Shown in pieces: positions 9,001 through 16,858 of a DNA stretch of 64,000 nt. The notes beneath the pieces are model-generated. The model was given only the letters and a program-made list of their open reading frames with translations, was not told where the DNA came from and ran no database searches. Numbering within the stretch: the first letter of the stretch is position 1; each line of letters opens with the position of its first letter. Source of the DNA: Candidatus Cloacimonadales bacterium (GTDB lineage Bacteria; Cloacimonadota; Cloacimonadia; Cloacimonadales; JAFGVF01); NCBI GenBank assembly GCA_963662585.1, contig OY759729.1, forward strand, positions 128,001 through 192,000, written 5' to 3'. A program made the translations under genes and the position numbers.

Positions 9001-11166
9001 TCCTGTAGTTGAGAAAGTCCAAGTAGTAACTAAGGTATCTACTGTTTCCCCAGTGTAGTTGCGATTAACAATAGCCCACTCATATTCACGAGCAGTTTCT
9101 AAAGTTACAGCATACTCTTCAACAGCAGGAATATCTTCTTCTACTAATACCATTGACCCAGCATGACCAAAATAAATATCTATAGTCTCGGTATAAACAG
9201 CATTATCCCAAGTGAGAGTCAAGTTAGTTGGTTGGTTTTCTGCTTCATCAGCAGGGGAAGGATTTGAAGCTACACCTGGAGCAGGAATATTTTCAGTGTT
9301 AATAGTCATTATAAATTCACCATTATTTGTGTTATAACCAGTTACTATTATATAGTAATCTCCAGCTGGAGCTAATGATTGATTCATTTTTGACCAAGCA
9401 GCTCTATCTCTAGTTTTAGTTTCTTCAATAAATCTTCCACCTGTACCAGCACTACCTTCATCATCATTGTAATACCAAGCATCACTAGATTGATTTGCAG
9501 TATCTATTTGGTCGAAAGAATTAAATACATATAGTTTTGTATCCCATAAGGTTCCTTCTAAAGAAATATCCATAAGTTTAGAAGTAGGAAGGGTTAATTT
9601 ATAAACTACAGATTGACTTGAACAGAAATTATAACTAACATTATAAGGAGTAGTTGAATGTTCTACTACAATTGAATCAGCTAAAGTTAGAACAAAGGGA
9701 GCGTTGTGATCATTACCTGTGTTATCTAAGATATCCACAGTTAAAGCAACATCAAGGTTAATTGGTACAAATGGATTACCTGGATCTGTCTGTTTCAATC
9801 TTAATGTTGAAGTATGAAGACCCATTAAAGTTGTTAATGGAGTTACATCAAGAGTAATTGAAGCTTGTGGTTCTAAAGTTATAGGATATTCATTCACATC
9901 TGACAAAATAAAGTAGTTTGTATTTAAAACAGAAGCTTCAATAATTTCAGCAGCTAGTCCACCTACATTAGTAAGTGTTACAGTAACAGGTGTTTCTACA
10001 ACATTGCCAAATAAATAGCTACCAAAATCAACTGCCTCAGGAGAAAATTCCATGATAGCAGATGTTGGTATTTCTTCTATATTTACATCATCAATATAGA
10101 TATATCTATAAGTTCCACCAGAACCATTTTTGAAAGAAACATGATTTACTGCACGATCAGCAGGTAAGTCGATGATATAAGCAGTATAAGTAGTTGTTAA
10201 AGCTAAAGTATCTAAAGCTACAAAAGTAGATTCATCCATAGCCTCAGACATTGTACCCACAATTAATGGGTAGCCTGCACCATTAGCTTTAGCATTAAAT
10301 CTAACTCTATTTCCAGCATTCTCAAGTTTTGGAGTAGAAGCTATTAAGCTTCCTGTTGTTGCAGAACTATTATAGAGTCTGTAAGAATTAGGACTTGTTA
10401 ATGAGTTAGTATTATAGACATAAGCGTTAGCATAAGTACTATTTGAATTATTTAGGGGAATCCAACCTGCAGGTTGACCTAAATTAGCTGTAGTGTCAAA
10501 ATTTTCACTATAAGGAACTGTAGCTACACCATATTCTGAGGTATAAGATCTAACTGCAGATTCAATTTCAATACCGGTTGTACTAACAGCTACAATTTTC
10601 CAATAATATGTGGAGTTATAAGCCATTGCTGGAGAATAAGGAGATGTAACAGGATCAACAACAGTTGCTCCAGTAAATTCTATATTATCTGCGAAATATA
10701 ATACAGAGTGATTAGTATTATCACCAGTAGTCCATTCTAATGTTGCATCAATAGTAACGCTACTTGCATTATTATTAGGACTCGTTAAAACAGGTATACT
10801 TGGAGTTCCTGCGACAGGTACGGTATAGCTTACATCACCAGGGGTAGCTGAAGATTGTCCTGATTGAGCTACGACGACACCTAATTCATTTTTAATTTGG
10901 TATTCATTTTCGGTAGGCCAAGAACCAGCTGTGTAATCAGCTTCAATAATATCTTCTGGTTCTACTACGAAAGCATGAGCTTCAGGACCAGAACTATTTT
11001 CAAGTGTTAAATCTGTTAATACGGCAACACCGTTAACACTTACAGTTACGACTCCACCATTCCAACCATCACCGTAGCTATCTACTAATTCGATTGTATA
11101 GTCCAATCCAAACAAGGCAGAAATAACCAGTATTAATAAACAAAAAATAAGTCCATTTTTTTTCAT
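1..11166 (-). CDS. Giant modular secreted/surface protein (>3,722 aa; 3' end beyond window): signal peptide, FN3-like repeats, cleaved-adhesin-like jelly rolls, ASH/choice-of-anchor-D-like Ig domains, PPC-like domains, GLUG repeats, PKD domains, cadherin-like/BACON-like domains, start of LamG domain
   Basis: ATG at 11166 with upstream GGAG RBS; N-terminus MKKNGLIFCLLILVISALFG/LDYTIELVDSYGDGWNGG; same frame still open at position 1 (QLYGGSFAVEMWFRVDSNLG); motifs YYWKIV, YVGGLVG, YYWNFGDG..S.EENP.H.Y, LDFG.V....I.N.G...L. Confidence 0.93.
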   Translation of the reverse strand, partial: MKKNGLIFCLLILVISALFGLDYTIELVDSYGDGWNGGVVTVSVNGVAVLTDLTLENSSGPEAHAFVVEPEDIIEADYTAGSWPTENEYQIKNELGVVVAQSGQSSATPGDVSYTVPVAGTPSIPVLTSPNNNASSVTIDATLEWTTGDNTNHSVLYFADNIEFTGATVVDPVTSPYSPAMAYNSTYYWKIVAVSTTGIEIESAVRSYTSEYGVATVPYSENFDTTANLGQPAGWIPLNNSNSTYANAYVYNTNSLTSPNSYRLYNSSATTGSLIASTPKLENAGNRVRFNAKANGAGYPLIVGTMSEAMDESTFVALDTLALTTTYTAYIIDLPADRAVNHVSFKNGSGGTYRYIYIDDVNIEEIPTSAIMEFSPEAVDFGSYLFGNVVETPVTVTLTNVGGLAAEIIEASVLNTNYFILSDVNEYPITLEPQASITLDVTPLTTLMGLHTSTLRLKQTDPGNPFVPINLDVALTVDILDNTGNDHNAPFVLTLADSIVVEHSTTPYNVSYNFCSSQSVVYKLTLPTSKLMDISLEGTLWDTKLYVFNSFDQIDTANQSSDAWYYNDDEGSAGTGGRFIEETKTRDRAAWSKMNQSLAPAGDYYIIVTGYNTNNGEFIMTINTENIPAPGVASNPSPADEAENQPTNLTLTWDNAVYTETIDIYFGHAGSMVLVEEDIPAVEEYAVTLETAREYEWAIVNRNYTGETVDTLVTTWTFSTTGEAPAAAVYTSPADDTTGVALTGNIVWASVTGADGYYVYFSTDDTFTGVTPVDQTATSYAYSSDYDTRYYWKIVPYNVVGMPIEGIEIWSFTTGLSPFPAADLVFDGVRTVNQSMPMEPYYGYTITQNIYLQEELNIDGSAITSISYLYNKNSAWSETVEIYLKHTSKDTFADTYDWELDDFTHVYSGTMNVTTSEAIVTFDFNSPFIYNNTDNLVVLFFATQSGYHSNSDEFYNYPVAGNRSLTQRSDGTNYYTSFPGSIPSGTLKAYRPVSGFTFQELSLEPVFAVSADTLNFVDQIMGTESAVQNLTISNFGFATLSINGLSLTGTNANQFLLTDNNTYPASLEVSENIAVQVLYAPTTEGDHTAQLVITDDQNRAIHTVELVGNSIDTNIYASDLPWNESFEGDLLGWSTIIESSSTTASITLNNTTSNVQDGTAAIRFSNANDVAASLQLISPNLVPDLSGYRLRFWMKGDAGTDMILAKYDTDFTTLTVVDTFAVPLTYEQTVVEFEAALANERIVFLPVFATTYDYVYLDNITFEEIPEGPLAELSVSEIDFGDVPVLQSSSAQRVSITNVGFGTLNIGNIGIIGTDAALFAWDYVEETPDMALENSETLELTVTFTPDAFGAKVATLVINDDLGRRIVLNTNSKARNTNRNANEVTLTGSGWLPPQGSTCADPLPLTLPAVDVTGNTIDFVDDYSSTWISPSSSYLNGDDVVYQFTLANTMLLNGTITTTGSWIGAFILGDEPNATTPAEVILSKTSSSTTLTYTNEIIPAGPYYLIISSYPSPQSIDYTINLTADALPAPAAATSPSPTDEAIDIPTSLTLAWTNANYTETIDLWLGVEGAREMQLVLDNVVAVNSYQATDLVPNATYNWKVINRNYSGETADTLVATWTFTTLGSAPTAVTYLDPADASTNRPLSGSLTWSTATGASGYNVYLSTDETFATTTPVDQAGTSYAYSGLDYETTYYWKVLPYNVVGQPTEGVLVWSFTTIPDPTIPMPVTIDFEGSTTVPVTYITNTNMSITESGHGNTNNTLCKNIYSTSSNAFVQFQSMNNITSNSVLTFDYRIVDYSAPHPATVLIENHDYFITTVSTNRGYTFTAINQINAINHVNSIEYATYSINIGSYANQSVIFRFEMNDDTVNDYYFDIDNIYFGEGELELVAPSNLQVSSINGSINLTWSAPLQQSRESRALQGYNVYRDSIQINEEVVTDTLFSDTDLEHGHTYNYYVTAVYDEGESDASNQVEVEAIYLFLSGEGTEANPYLIDNLTDLYILSQNNNYWAEGVYIEQTADIDASDTQNWDEGAGFSPIGYYLSSSNYNSYKGIYNGQGYKISNLYINRPTTICIGFFGYIENADISNIGLVNIETTGNEQVAGLIGHSLSSNIVNSFALCSVNGIKYVGGLVGYFHSSTIIGSYSKGTVNGSINVGGLMGNSSYSSTIGNCYSKATVNGNSFVGGLLGVYDAIEINNCYSTGNVAGNSYVGGFIGILYNGSINNSFWDINISNQTTSQGGTGLTTPEMQTLSTYIDAGWDFTDETENGEEDIWTFVANDYPHLAWEGYETQLSSPPANLQANIVNGSVILTWSAVDSQSQESRALQGYNVYRDSIQLNDEVVLDTLFSDTNLVHGHSYSYNVTALYDEGESEASNAVEIEIYQLLVDFDASTTSTITGQEIQFNNLSTEGEADYYWEFGDGNSSLEENPIHVYQNAGLYTVSLTVSDEIGSNTETKEDYITIQNSVIIYEEYARTTLNYQDSSNWDQIINDLLGSDYRVADWNDLVSYYNDGGDLLALYDGIGLPNYRNSAYVKRNGDPSYSSTRYYYASRHEHNRPSSYLAHANIDNYLISLGSWYGSNYIMAILNLTPEFNVTDTNPTQFDEIQFINQSQGNITSYYWNFGDGNSSTEENPYHTYTESGVFTVSLTISNNSGSVTETKEDYITINAVNHNPYLTLPDSFTFAEDGNLEVDFSEYITDIDEEDQLILSSNLGDYIYTSIDGFMVTFSAMPDWNGSEVLYFTVDDQAGEGIARVNVSKSRAIASDSVQVIVTPVDDPIYIQNQIDDLLEPMNSDNIIISLIDRFGDIDSEINSFVITGNTNEELVTTSLDDTTLTLSFSEDMYGLAEIELTAYNNHSDQLSMSFLVELYPTSQIAVRPEEYTISVLTGESFPSTLTIENTGLGDLEWAIESVTYAEEGISTWVDISETIGVVTPEGSQIVNLTFSGETLVAGIYHANIEISHNNPYQDNIQISVLMTVLGLPEIEVSTTSLDFGYVFTNSNETLPLVISNIGTSPLIVNNISTTGNYYSVNYQNFTIPVGQSRSIEVTFNPEAIGNDDASLNINSTDYLHNPLVISLFGQAINPPAIEILAQALDFYVLGNGVDTETIIIRNNGASTLEYNLNADDSWISFNPFMGQLAPESEQTITITVNPGTLVAGIYNSSFEVVSNVPGSESTSVDFELVREVYNVTDFDNENNSGEGLADNDLDINIGYNNNNAPIEFNIFSNNPDPETVNLSIRAWNVDDTNGGVHSVYLNGYILGELRGIANSWTTTLFDLEPSYLSSTLVNKVEIQVDTDFVGNTIKVDWGQLSYDNSSLNASIRYIDLDKSSYYAGATVEVTEEIDTNLSSQEIRVETTIYSPWQTIVTGSSRVFTINGTQSDAISESLEIADYYTPGIYELQVIVYDNISNLQQALLTSNFEVKPFESEILVENQILDFGTVLENESKEEVLSITNTGHADLVITEINSNHADFISNVDSASIAFNETQEVIVTFTPSALGQVEGELSIFSNATNTPALVLSLTGIGIANVPYIEVSQSNIDFGNIYTITPDSKSIIVSNVGPAALEITEITSDNLNFILDSDYAGSILNTNEELVFNVTFSPTNVEQYTGNITIISNADNQATLVIPVSGQGSIAPQVTYNPNEYQVAMSVGETITETLELSNTGGNNLTWNIKDNFGKMFEVDGFNSSTVDYGYIRNRASIQLYGGSFAVEMWFRVDSNLG
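4030..5510 (-). repeat. Two highly similar FN3-coding direct repeats (~4030-4290 and ~5250-5510) flanking the GLUG module
   Basis: Both encode ESRALQGYNVYRDSIQ.N.EVV.DTLFSDT.L.HGH.Y.Y.VTA.YDEGES.ASN, with long identical DNA runs such as TAGCCTTGTAAGGCTCTACTTTCT and TCAGATTCCCCTTCATCATAAA. Confidence 0.9.
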
Positions 11167-11490
11167 CTCGCATCTCCTTTTTAGCAAAGTGTTTAATTAT
11201 TATTCATACATTTCTAATAACAATTTCCTATTAAATCGCATATTTTTGAGAATAGATTGTAGTTTTTTTTCTAAAACAAGCCTGATTCTCAATGCAAAAT
11301 ATGCACTTATGATTAAAATTATAAGTGTGGTGATATTTTTAATCACTAGCATATTCATTTTATAAATTCAAAGATCATTTAAAAACTGTCACATTTCCGT
11401 TATTATTGCATATCGGTGGTGGTATTTAACGAAAGTAACTGTTTTTATAAATCAAATATTTACTTACTATAACCATCTATATTCATTTTT

Positions 11491-11519
11491 ATTTAACACT
11501 TTAAATGATGTCTTGTCAA
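11491..11519 (-). promoter_or_regulatory. Candidate sigma70 promoter for the giant surface protein gene
   Basis: Minus strand TTGACA-N17-TTAAAT, ~325 nt upstream of the ATG. Confidence 0.45.
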
Positions 11520-11910
11520 CAGATAATTTTTATTATTTTAAGTTAATGAGAAGATTGTTAATGGATGCTGTTATTAGTCAGTTAAGGTATTCTCAACTTG
11601 TCATTACCTTATCTTTTATTGCTTAGTCTCACTCATCTCTATAAGAATTCAGATAATCTTTAAGTTTAATGATAAGGAGAGATTTGAGTTAAATAGAAGA
11701 GCAAGCTTGATAAAGATTGATATTAGGCAGAATAGTATTTTTTTTCATAAAATTAATCTATAAGTAAATTTTAATGAAGTGAGAGAGTCAATCATCCTAA
11801 TCTAAGTGCTTTAGTATAGGATTTGAAGAAAGGTAGAAAATATTTATAGACTCAAATCTCCTATAAATTTTTATGGAGCAAATAATAAATTATAAAAAAA
11901 GGATAATCAA

Positions 11911-13590
11911 ATGGATGAACATAAAGTAATCTATTCAATGAGTAGAGTTGGTAAAGTAATTGATGGAAATAAACAGATATTAAAAGATATCTATCTTGGC
12001 TTTTATTATGGAGCTAAGATCGGTATTGTTGGTTTAAATGGTTCAGGTAAAAGTACACTTTTAAAAATCATGGCAGGAATTGATCAAGATTTCCTTGGTG
12101 AAGTGGCGATGTCAAAAGGTTATACAGTTGGCTATTTAGAACAAGATCCTCAGTTAGACCCTGAAAAAACGGTTATGGATATTGTTAAAGAAGGTGCTGC
12201 AGAGAGTGTTGCTTTATTAGAAAGATTTGAAGAAATAAATCTTAAATTTGCAGAAGCAATGACTGATGATGAGATGGATGCTTTATTAAAAGAACAAGGT
12301 CAAGTTCAAGATAAGCTAGATGCTTGTAATGCATGGGATTTAGATAGCAGATTAGAGTTAGCTATGGATGCCTTGAGATGTCCTCCTAGCGATTTAAAAT
12401 GTGGGGTTATTTCTGGTGGTGAAAAACGCCGTGTAGCCTTATGTAGATTATTACTTCAGGAACCAGATATCCTTCTTTTAGATGAGCCTACTAACCATCT
12501 TGATGCTGAGACGATTCTTTGGTTAGAACACCATTTGCAAAGATATAGAGGAACAGTCATAGCTATTACTCATGATAGATACTTCCTAGATAATGTAGCT
12601 GGTTGGATTCTAGAATTAGATCGTGGAGAAGGTATTCCTTGGGAAGGTAATTATTCTTCTTGGTTAGATCAAAAGCAAAAAAGATTAGCTACTGAAGCTA
12701 AAGGTGAATCAAAAAGACAAAAAGCTTTATTACAAGAATTAGAATGGATTAGAAGCAGTCCTAAGGCCAGACATGCTAAGAGTAAAGCTAGAATTACTAA
12801 CTATGAAAAGATGGCTTCTGAAGAGTTTCAAAAAGAAAATGCAACTGATCAGTTATACATTCCATCAGGTCCTAAATTAGGAACAAATGTTATCAAGGCT
12901 GAAGGTGTTGCTAAAGCATTCGATGAAAAAATATTATATGAAGATTTAAGCTTTGACCTCCCTGCAGGTGGAATTATTGGAGTTATCGGAGCTAATGGTG
13001 CAGGTAAAACTACTCTTTTTAATATGATTACTAAGTCTATTGAACCAGATAAGGGTAATTTCAATCTTGGAGAGACAGTTAAACTTTCCTATGTTGATCA
13101 AGCAAGAATCATTGATTCTGATAAAACTATTTTAGAGCTTATCGGAGATGGCAGAGATGTAATGCTAGTAGGAGATAAAGAGATTAATGTTAGACAATAT
13201 TTATCCCGTTTTAACTTTGGTAGCAAAGAACACGGAAAAGCAATTAAAGTCCTTTCTGGTGGTGAAAAGAATAGAGCATATCTAGCTTTGACATTACAAA
13301 CAGGTGGAAATGTACTATTACTGGATGAACCTACTAATGATCTTGATATTAATACTATCAGAGCTTTAGAAGAAGCTTTAATGACCTTTGCTGGTTGTGC
13401 TGTAGTTATTAGCCATGATAGATACTTCTTAGATAGAATCTGTACTCATATCCTTGCTTTTGAAGGTGATTCAAAAGTTAAATGGTTTGATGGTAACTTT
13501 TCAGAATATGAAGAAGATAAGTTAAAAAGATTAGGTGAAAAAGCTCTTATTCCTAAAAGAATTACTTATAGAAAATTAACTAGAGACTAA
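11911..13590 (+). CDS. ettA: Energy-dependent translational throttle protein EttA (ABC-F)
   Basis: Two ABC cassettes (GLNGSGKST, ISGGEKRRVALCRLLL, LLDEPTNHLD; GANGAGKTT), linker ELEWIRSSPKARHAKSKARI, C-terminal RITYRKLTR typical of EttA. Confidence 0.95.
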   Translation: MDEHKVIYSMSRVGKVIDGNKQILKDIYLGFYYGAKIGIVGLNGSGKSTLLKIMAGIDQDFLGEVAMSKGYTVGYLEQDPQLDPEKTVMDIVKEGAAESVALLERFEEINLKFAEAMTDDEMDALLKEQGQVQDKLDACNAWDLDSRLELAMDALRCPPSDLKCGVISGGEKRRVALCRLLLQEPDILLLDEPTNHLDAETILWLEHHLQRYRGTVIAITHDRYFLDNVAGWILELDRGEGIPWEGNYSSWLDQKQKRLATEAKGESKRQKALLQELEWIRSSPKARHAKSKARITNYEKMASEEFQKENATDQLYIPSGPKLGTNVIKAEGVAKAFDEKILYEDLSFDLPAGGIIGVIGANGAGKTTLFNMITKSIEPDKGNFNLGETVKLSYVDQARIIDSDKTILELIGDGRDVMLVGDKEINVRQYLSRFNFGSKEHGKAIKVLSGGEKNRAYLALTLQTGGNVLLLDEPTNDLDINTIRALEEALMTFAGCAVVISHDRYFLDRICTHILAFEGDSKVKWFDGNFSEYEEDKLKRLGEKALIPKRITYRKLTRD

Positions 13591-13628
13591 GAAAATTAAA
13601 TTGAAAACTGGGAACACCTACTACTGCA

Positions 13629-13780
13629 GGCAATACCTTACACATGAATTAACGCGAAAGTAGGGGCCTATTGCCATAAGCATTTAGAATCTCACGGTTT
13701 TTGAATTCATAAATCTTCCACAAGTGAGGATTCAGGGGATGATTATTCTAGGATAGCCTAGGGTAATTATCCCCTATTTT
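13629..13780 (+). ncRNA. Structured RNA candidate / structured 3' region of ettA, ending in a terminator-like hairpin
   Basis: Three adjacent stems (GGCAATA..TATTGCC; GAATCTCAC..GTGAGGATTC; 19-bp AGGGGATGATTATTCTAGG..CCTAGGGTAATTATCCCCT followed by ATTTT) with G-U pairs on the + strand. Confidence 0.45.
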
Positions 13781-14049
13781 AATTCATAGATAAGTAAGAA
13801 ATAGCATCATGCTAATTTGAACAACATTCCAGGCATACCCCCAAAAAACTTTGATATAATATAGTGAACTTTCAGTTTTATAGTAAGTTAGATATAAAAA
13901 TTGTCTAAAAAGATTGATTTATAGGTATTACGAATAAACTTAAACTTTTCTATTAAAATTACGAGAAAGCTTGCAAACAAGGCTAATATTAAGACACTTT
14001 TAGAAATAGTATAACTAATTGATAGATAATAAAATAAGAAAAATAATCC

Positions 14050-14077
14050 TTGCAAAAAAAGTGCTCCTAAATACAAT
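14050..14077 (+). promoter_or_regulatory. Probable transposase promoter inside the IS (also present in copy 2)
   Basis: TTGCAA-N16-TACAAT ~40 nt upstream of the transposase ATG. Confidence 0.5.
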
Positions 14078-14118
14078 TAGATTATCTACCAAATAATTTC
14101 TAAAAAAGCACTTTAACA

Positions 14119-15386
14119 ATGGATTTAAAAAAACAGAATATAATAAAATTACAAGGTAAATTTTCAAAAAGAGTAAAAAAATATTCAGAAGGCTTAACTA
14201 TTCCTGAGCATAAAGCCTTGAAAGATATAACGAAAGGAGTCATTTCAAGTAGCTCGGTTATTGTTCGACAAATAGCAACAAGTTTACATGAAAAAATTAG
14301 TTTAGATAAAGTATGTGAGAGATTATATAGAAACCTAAAGAATGAGAAAATTGGAAAAGTGGTAAGTGAAAATTTGTTAAAATACAACAGTGCAAAAGCT
14401 ACCAATGACACATATTTTATAGTTGATGAATCAGATATATTGAAGCCAGAATCAAATAAGTTAGAAGGACTATCAAGAGTTAGAGATGGTTCTACTGGAC
14501 AAAGAGCGAAAGGTTATCATTTACTTAATATTGCATCACTAACAGATAATGGTAAGAACTATTCAATACTCCCAATATGCAGTCAATTATATAGTAATAT
14601 TATAGAAGAAGATACTTCTAAGAATATACTTGAAGATAGAATTATAGATATTACTATTCACAGTAATAATAAAGGTATTTTTGTGTTTGATAGAGGTTAT
14701 GATAGCCGTAAGTTAATAACTTTACTTTCAAATAATGAAAATAACTATATAATTAGAAGTACAGGAAGAGATCTTTTATTGAGGATAATACCGAAGTTAG
14801 CTTTTCATCAGTAGTAAGACAAATTAAACTTAAACATGAGTTTAAAACATCTGATAATAAAACTTTTAATAGCGGAACAAAGAGAGTGAAAATAATAATT
14901 AATCCACATAAACTTAAGCATCCAGATATAGTTGAAGCAAACTTAGTTGTTGTAAGGCATGGTAAAAAAGGAGGCTTGTTTTATTTTCTATGTAACTTTA
15001 ATGATAGCACAATGACAGATTATGAAATAATATTAAAAGCTGTTAAAGGATACAGAAAAAGATGGAAAATCGAAGAGTTCCATAGACATATCAAGCAGGA
15101 GTTTAATTGGGAAAAAGTTCAGCTGATGTCTGATGTAGGATTGAAAAATATTAATGTTATATTAATGGTGGCAGTAGATATAGTTTATTCTACAATAAAA
15201 TATCTGGAAGAACTTTTATATCAATTCCCTGAGTTCGGTAGCACTAATTATAAGAATCATACCTATGTCTATTACAAACTGAGTAGAATCATAAAGCACA
15301 TATTTAATAACACTAAATTGAATAAAATTATACCGCACAAGGGGGAATATCATGACAAGCTACAACTACGGATCAATTTCTTATAA
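14119..15386 (+). pseudogene. DDE transposase, frameshifted (copy 1)
   Basis: Motifs IVDESDILKP, VFDRGYD, YRKRWKIEEFHRHIKQ; 1-nt deletion near 14766 (ACAGGAAGAG vs ACAGGTAAGAG in copy 2). Confidence 0.9.
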
Positions 15387-15552
15387 AAATAATGGGGGTA
15401 TGCCAGCAATCTTTTTAATAATCTTCTTGACAATGATTCTTTATATTCAATAATTTTTGTTAAGTACATAAAATTATTAAAACAGTTTTAGTAAAAATAG
15501 TATATATTAAACAAAATGAAAATATTTAGAGTTATAAATCAAGGAATTAATT

Positions 15553-16749
15553 ATGAGAAAAACTGCTTATGGTCATCCTATTCAAGTAAAGAATGGTAAG
15601 GTAACTTTACTTTCCCAAGTCACTGCAATTAATGAAGCCTCAATTCAAGACCTTGTCTTTAAATACCCTTCCTGCTTACCAATTAGTGAAATTGATGAAT
15701 CTTTCAATCCAGTATTATCAGTTTGTACAGAACTTCACACACCAGTAGGTCCTCTTGATATATTGATGATAACTCCTAGTGGGAAGATAGTGATTATTGA
15801 AACAAAGCTATGGAAAAACCCTCAAGCGAGGAGAGAGGTTGTTGCTCAAATTCTTGATTATGCTAAAGAGTTATCTAAATGGACTTATGAAGATCTCCAA
15901 AGAGAGGTTAATAAGCGTTTAGGGAAAAGTGGTAACATATTGTATGAAATAGCAAGTAAATCTGATTCAAACGAACTGCTTAACGAATCTGATTTTGTTG
16001 ATTCAGTAAGCAGAAATCTTAAAAAAGGTAATTTTTTATTATTAATAGTTGGTGATGGTATTCGTGAAGGTGCTTCCGGTATTGCTGAATTCTTAGTTGC
16101 ATCAGGTTACATGAATTTTACTTTTGCCATGATTGAGCTTGCAATATACCAAAATGAAGAAATTGGAGAAATACTTCTTCCAAGGGTTATTACTAAAACT
16201 GTGGAAATTCAAAGACTAACTATAGATATTCCAGATGGTTTAGTTCTTAGTAATTCAACAATATTACAAGATAACTCACTGAAATCAGAAAATGATATCA
16301 TTAAAGATAAAGAAAGTCAATACCGCTATAACTTTTGGTCAGATTTAGTTTCTCAGATAGAATTCGATGATCTAGGCCAGCCACTCCCAACCCCAACCTA
16401 TGGCTATAACTTATTTGTTTACCCTAGTGAAACAAGAAAAGTATGGATCAGTGCCTACTTCATGACTAGTAAGAACAGAGTCGGAGTATATCTTCAATGT
16501 AAAAACGATGCAATGGGACAAAAGTATTACGATATTTTAGAATCATATTCAGATGATATTAAAAATGATTTAGGCGAAGTAATAAATTGGAGAGCCTACG
16601 AAAGAGATATTGCCTCAGTATGGATACCTTGTGATGACATTTATAGTCCAATAAATCGAGAAATGTTGATCAAGTTTTTCAAGCATTGGTTAAATGCATT
16701 TGTTAATACATTTAGACCAAGGATTAAAGAAATTGAAAGAGATTCTTAG
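15553..16749 (+). CDS. PD-(D/E)XK (NucS/DUF91-like) nuclease-domain protein with DUF4268-like C-terminal domain
   Basis: E..IQ...GPLDIL...IVIIETKL..NPQARREVVAQILDYA nuclease motif; C-terminal YRYNFWSDL...RVGVYL...INW. Confidence 0.7.
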   Translation: MRKTAYGHPIQVKNGKVTLLSQVTAINEASIQDLVFKYPSCLPISEIDESFNPVLSVCTELHTPVGPLDILMITPSGKIVIIETKLWKNPQARREVVAQILDYAKELSKWTYEDLQREVNKRLGKSGNILYEIASKSDSNELLNESDFVDSVSRNLKKGNFLLLIVGDGIREGASGIAEFLVASGYMNFTFAMIELAIYQNEEIGEILLPRVITKTVEIQRLTIDIPDGLVLSNSTILQDNSLKSENDIIKDKESQYRYNFWSDLVSQIEFDDLGQPLPTPTYGYNLFVYPSETRKVWISAYFMTSKNRVGVYLQCKNDAMGQKYYDILESYSDDIKNDLGEVINWRAYERDIASVWIPCDDIYSPINREMLIKFFKHWLNAFVNTFRPRIKEIERDS

Positions 16750-16858
16750 TTTGGTGAGAAAATATATCTAACAAGATTTTAAAACTTACTAAATATTGCT
16801 TCTAAGTGAAGGTGATTTTTGTATATTTACCTTCAAAACGAACCAGAAGGGGAAATCT

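Larger units (their letters stand above)
13830..15406 (+). mobile_element. Insertion sequence copy 1 (IS4-superfamily-like DDE), 1577 bp
   Basis: Terminal inverted repeats CAGGCATACCCCCA / TGGGGGTATGCCAG; near-identical copy at 27183-28759. Confidence 0.92.

Noticed and set aside
13888..14411. Minus-strand ORFs within the IS (also 27241-27764)
   Set aside because: Antisense to the transposase or its promoter, low-complexity hydrophobic translation, repeated only because the IS is repeated.
14740..14900. Programmed frameshift in the transposase
   Set aside because: Copy 2 is in frame at this site and breaks elsewhere, so these are independent mutations.
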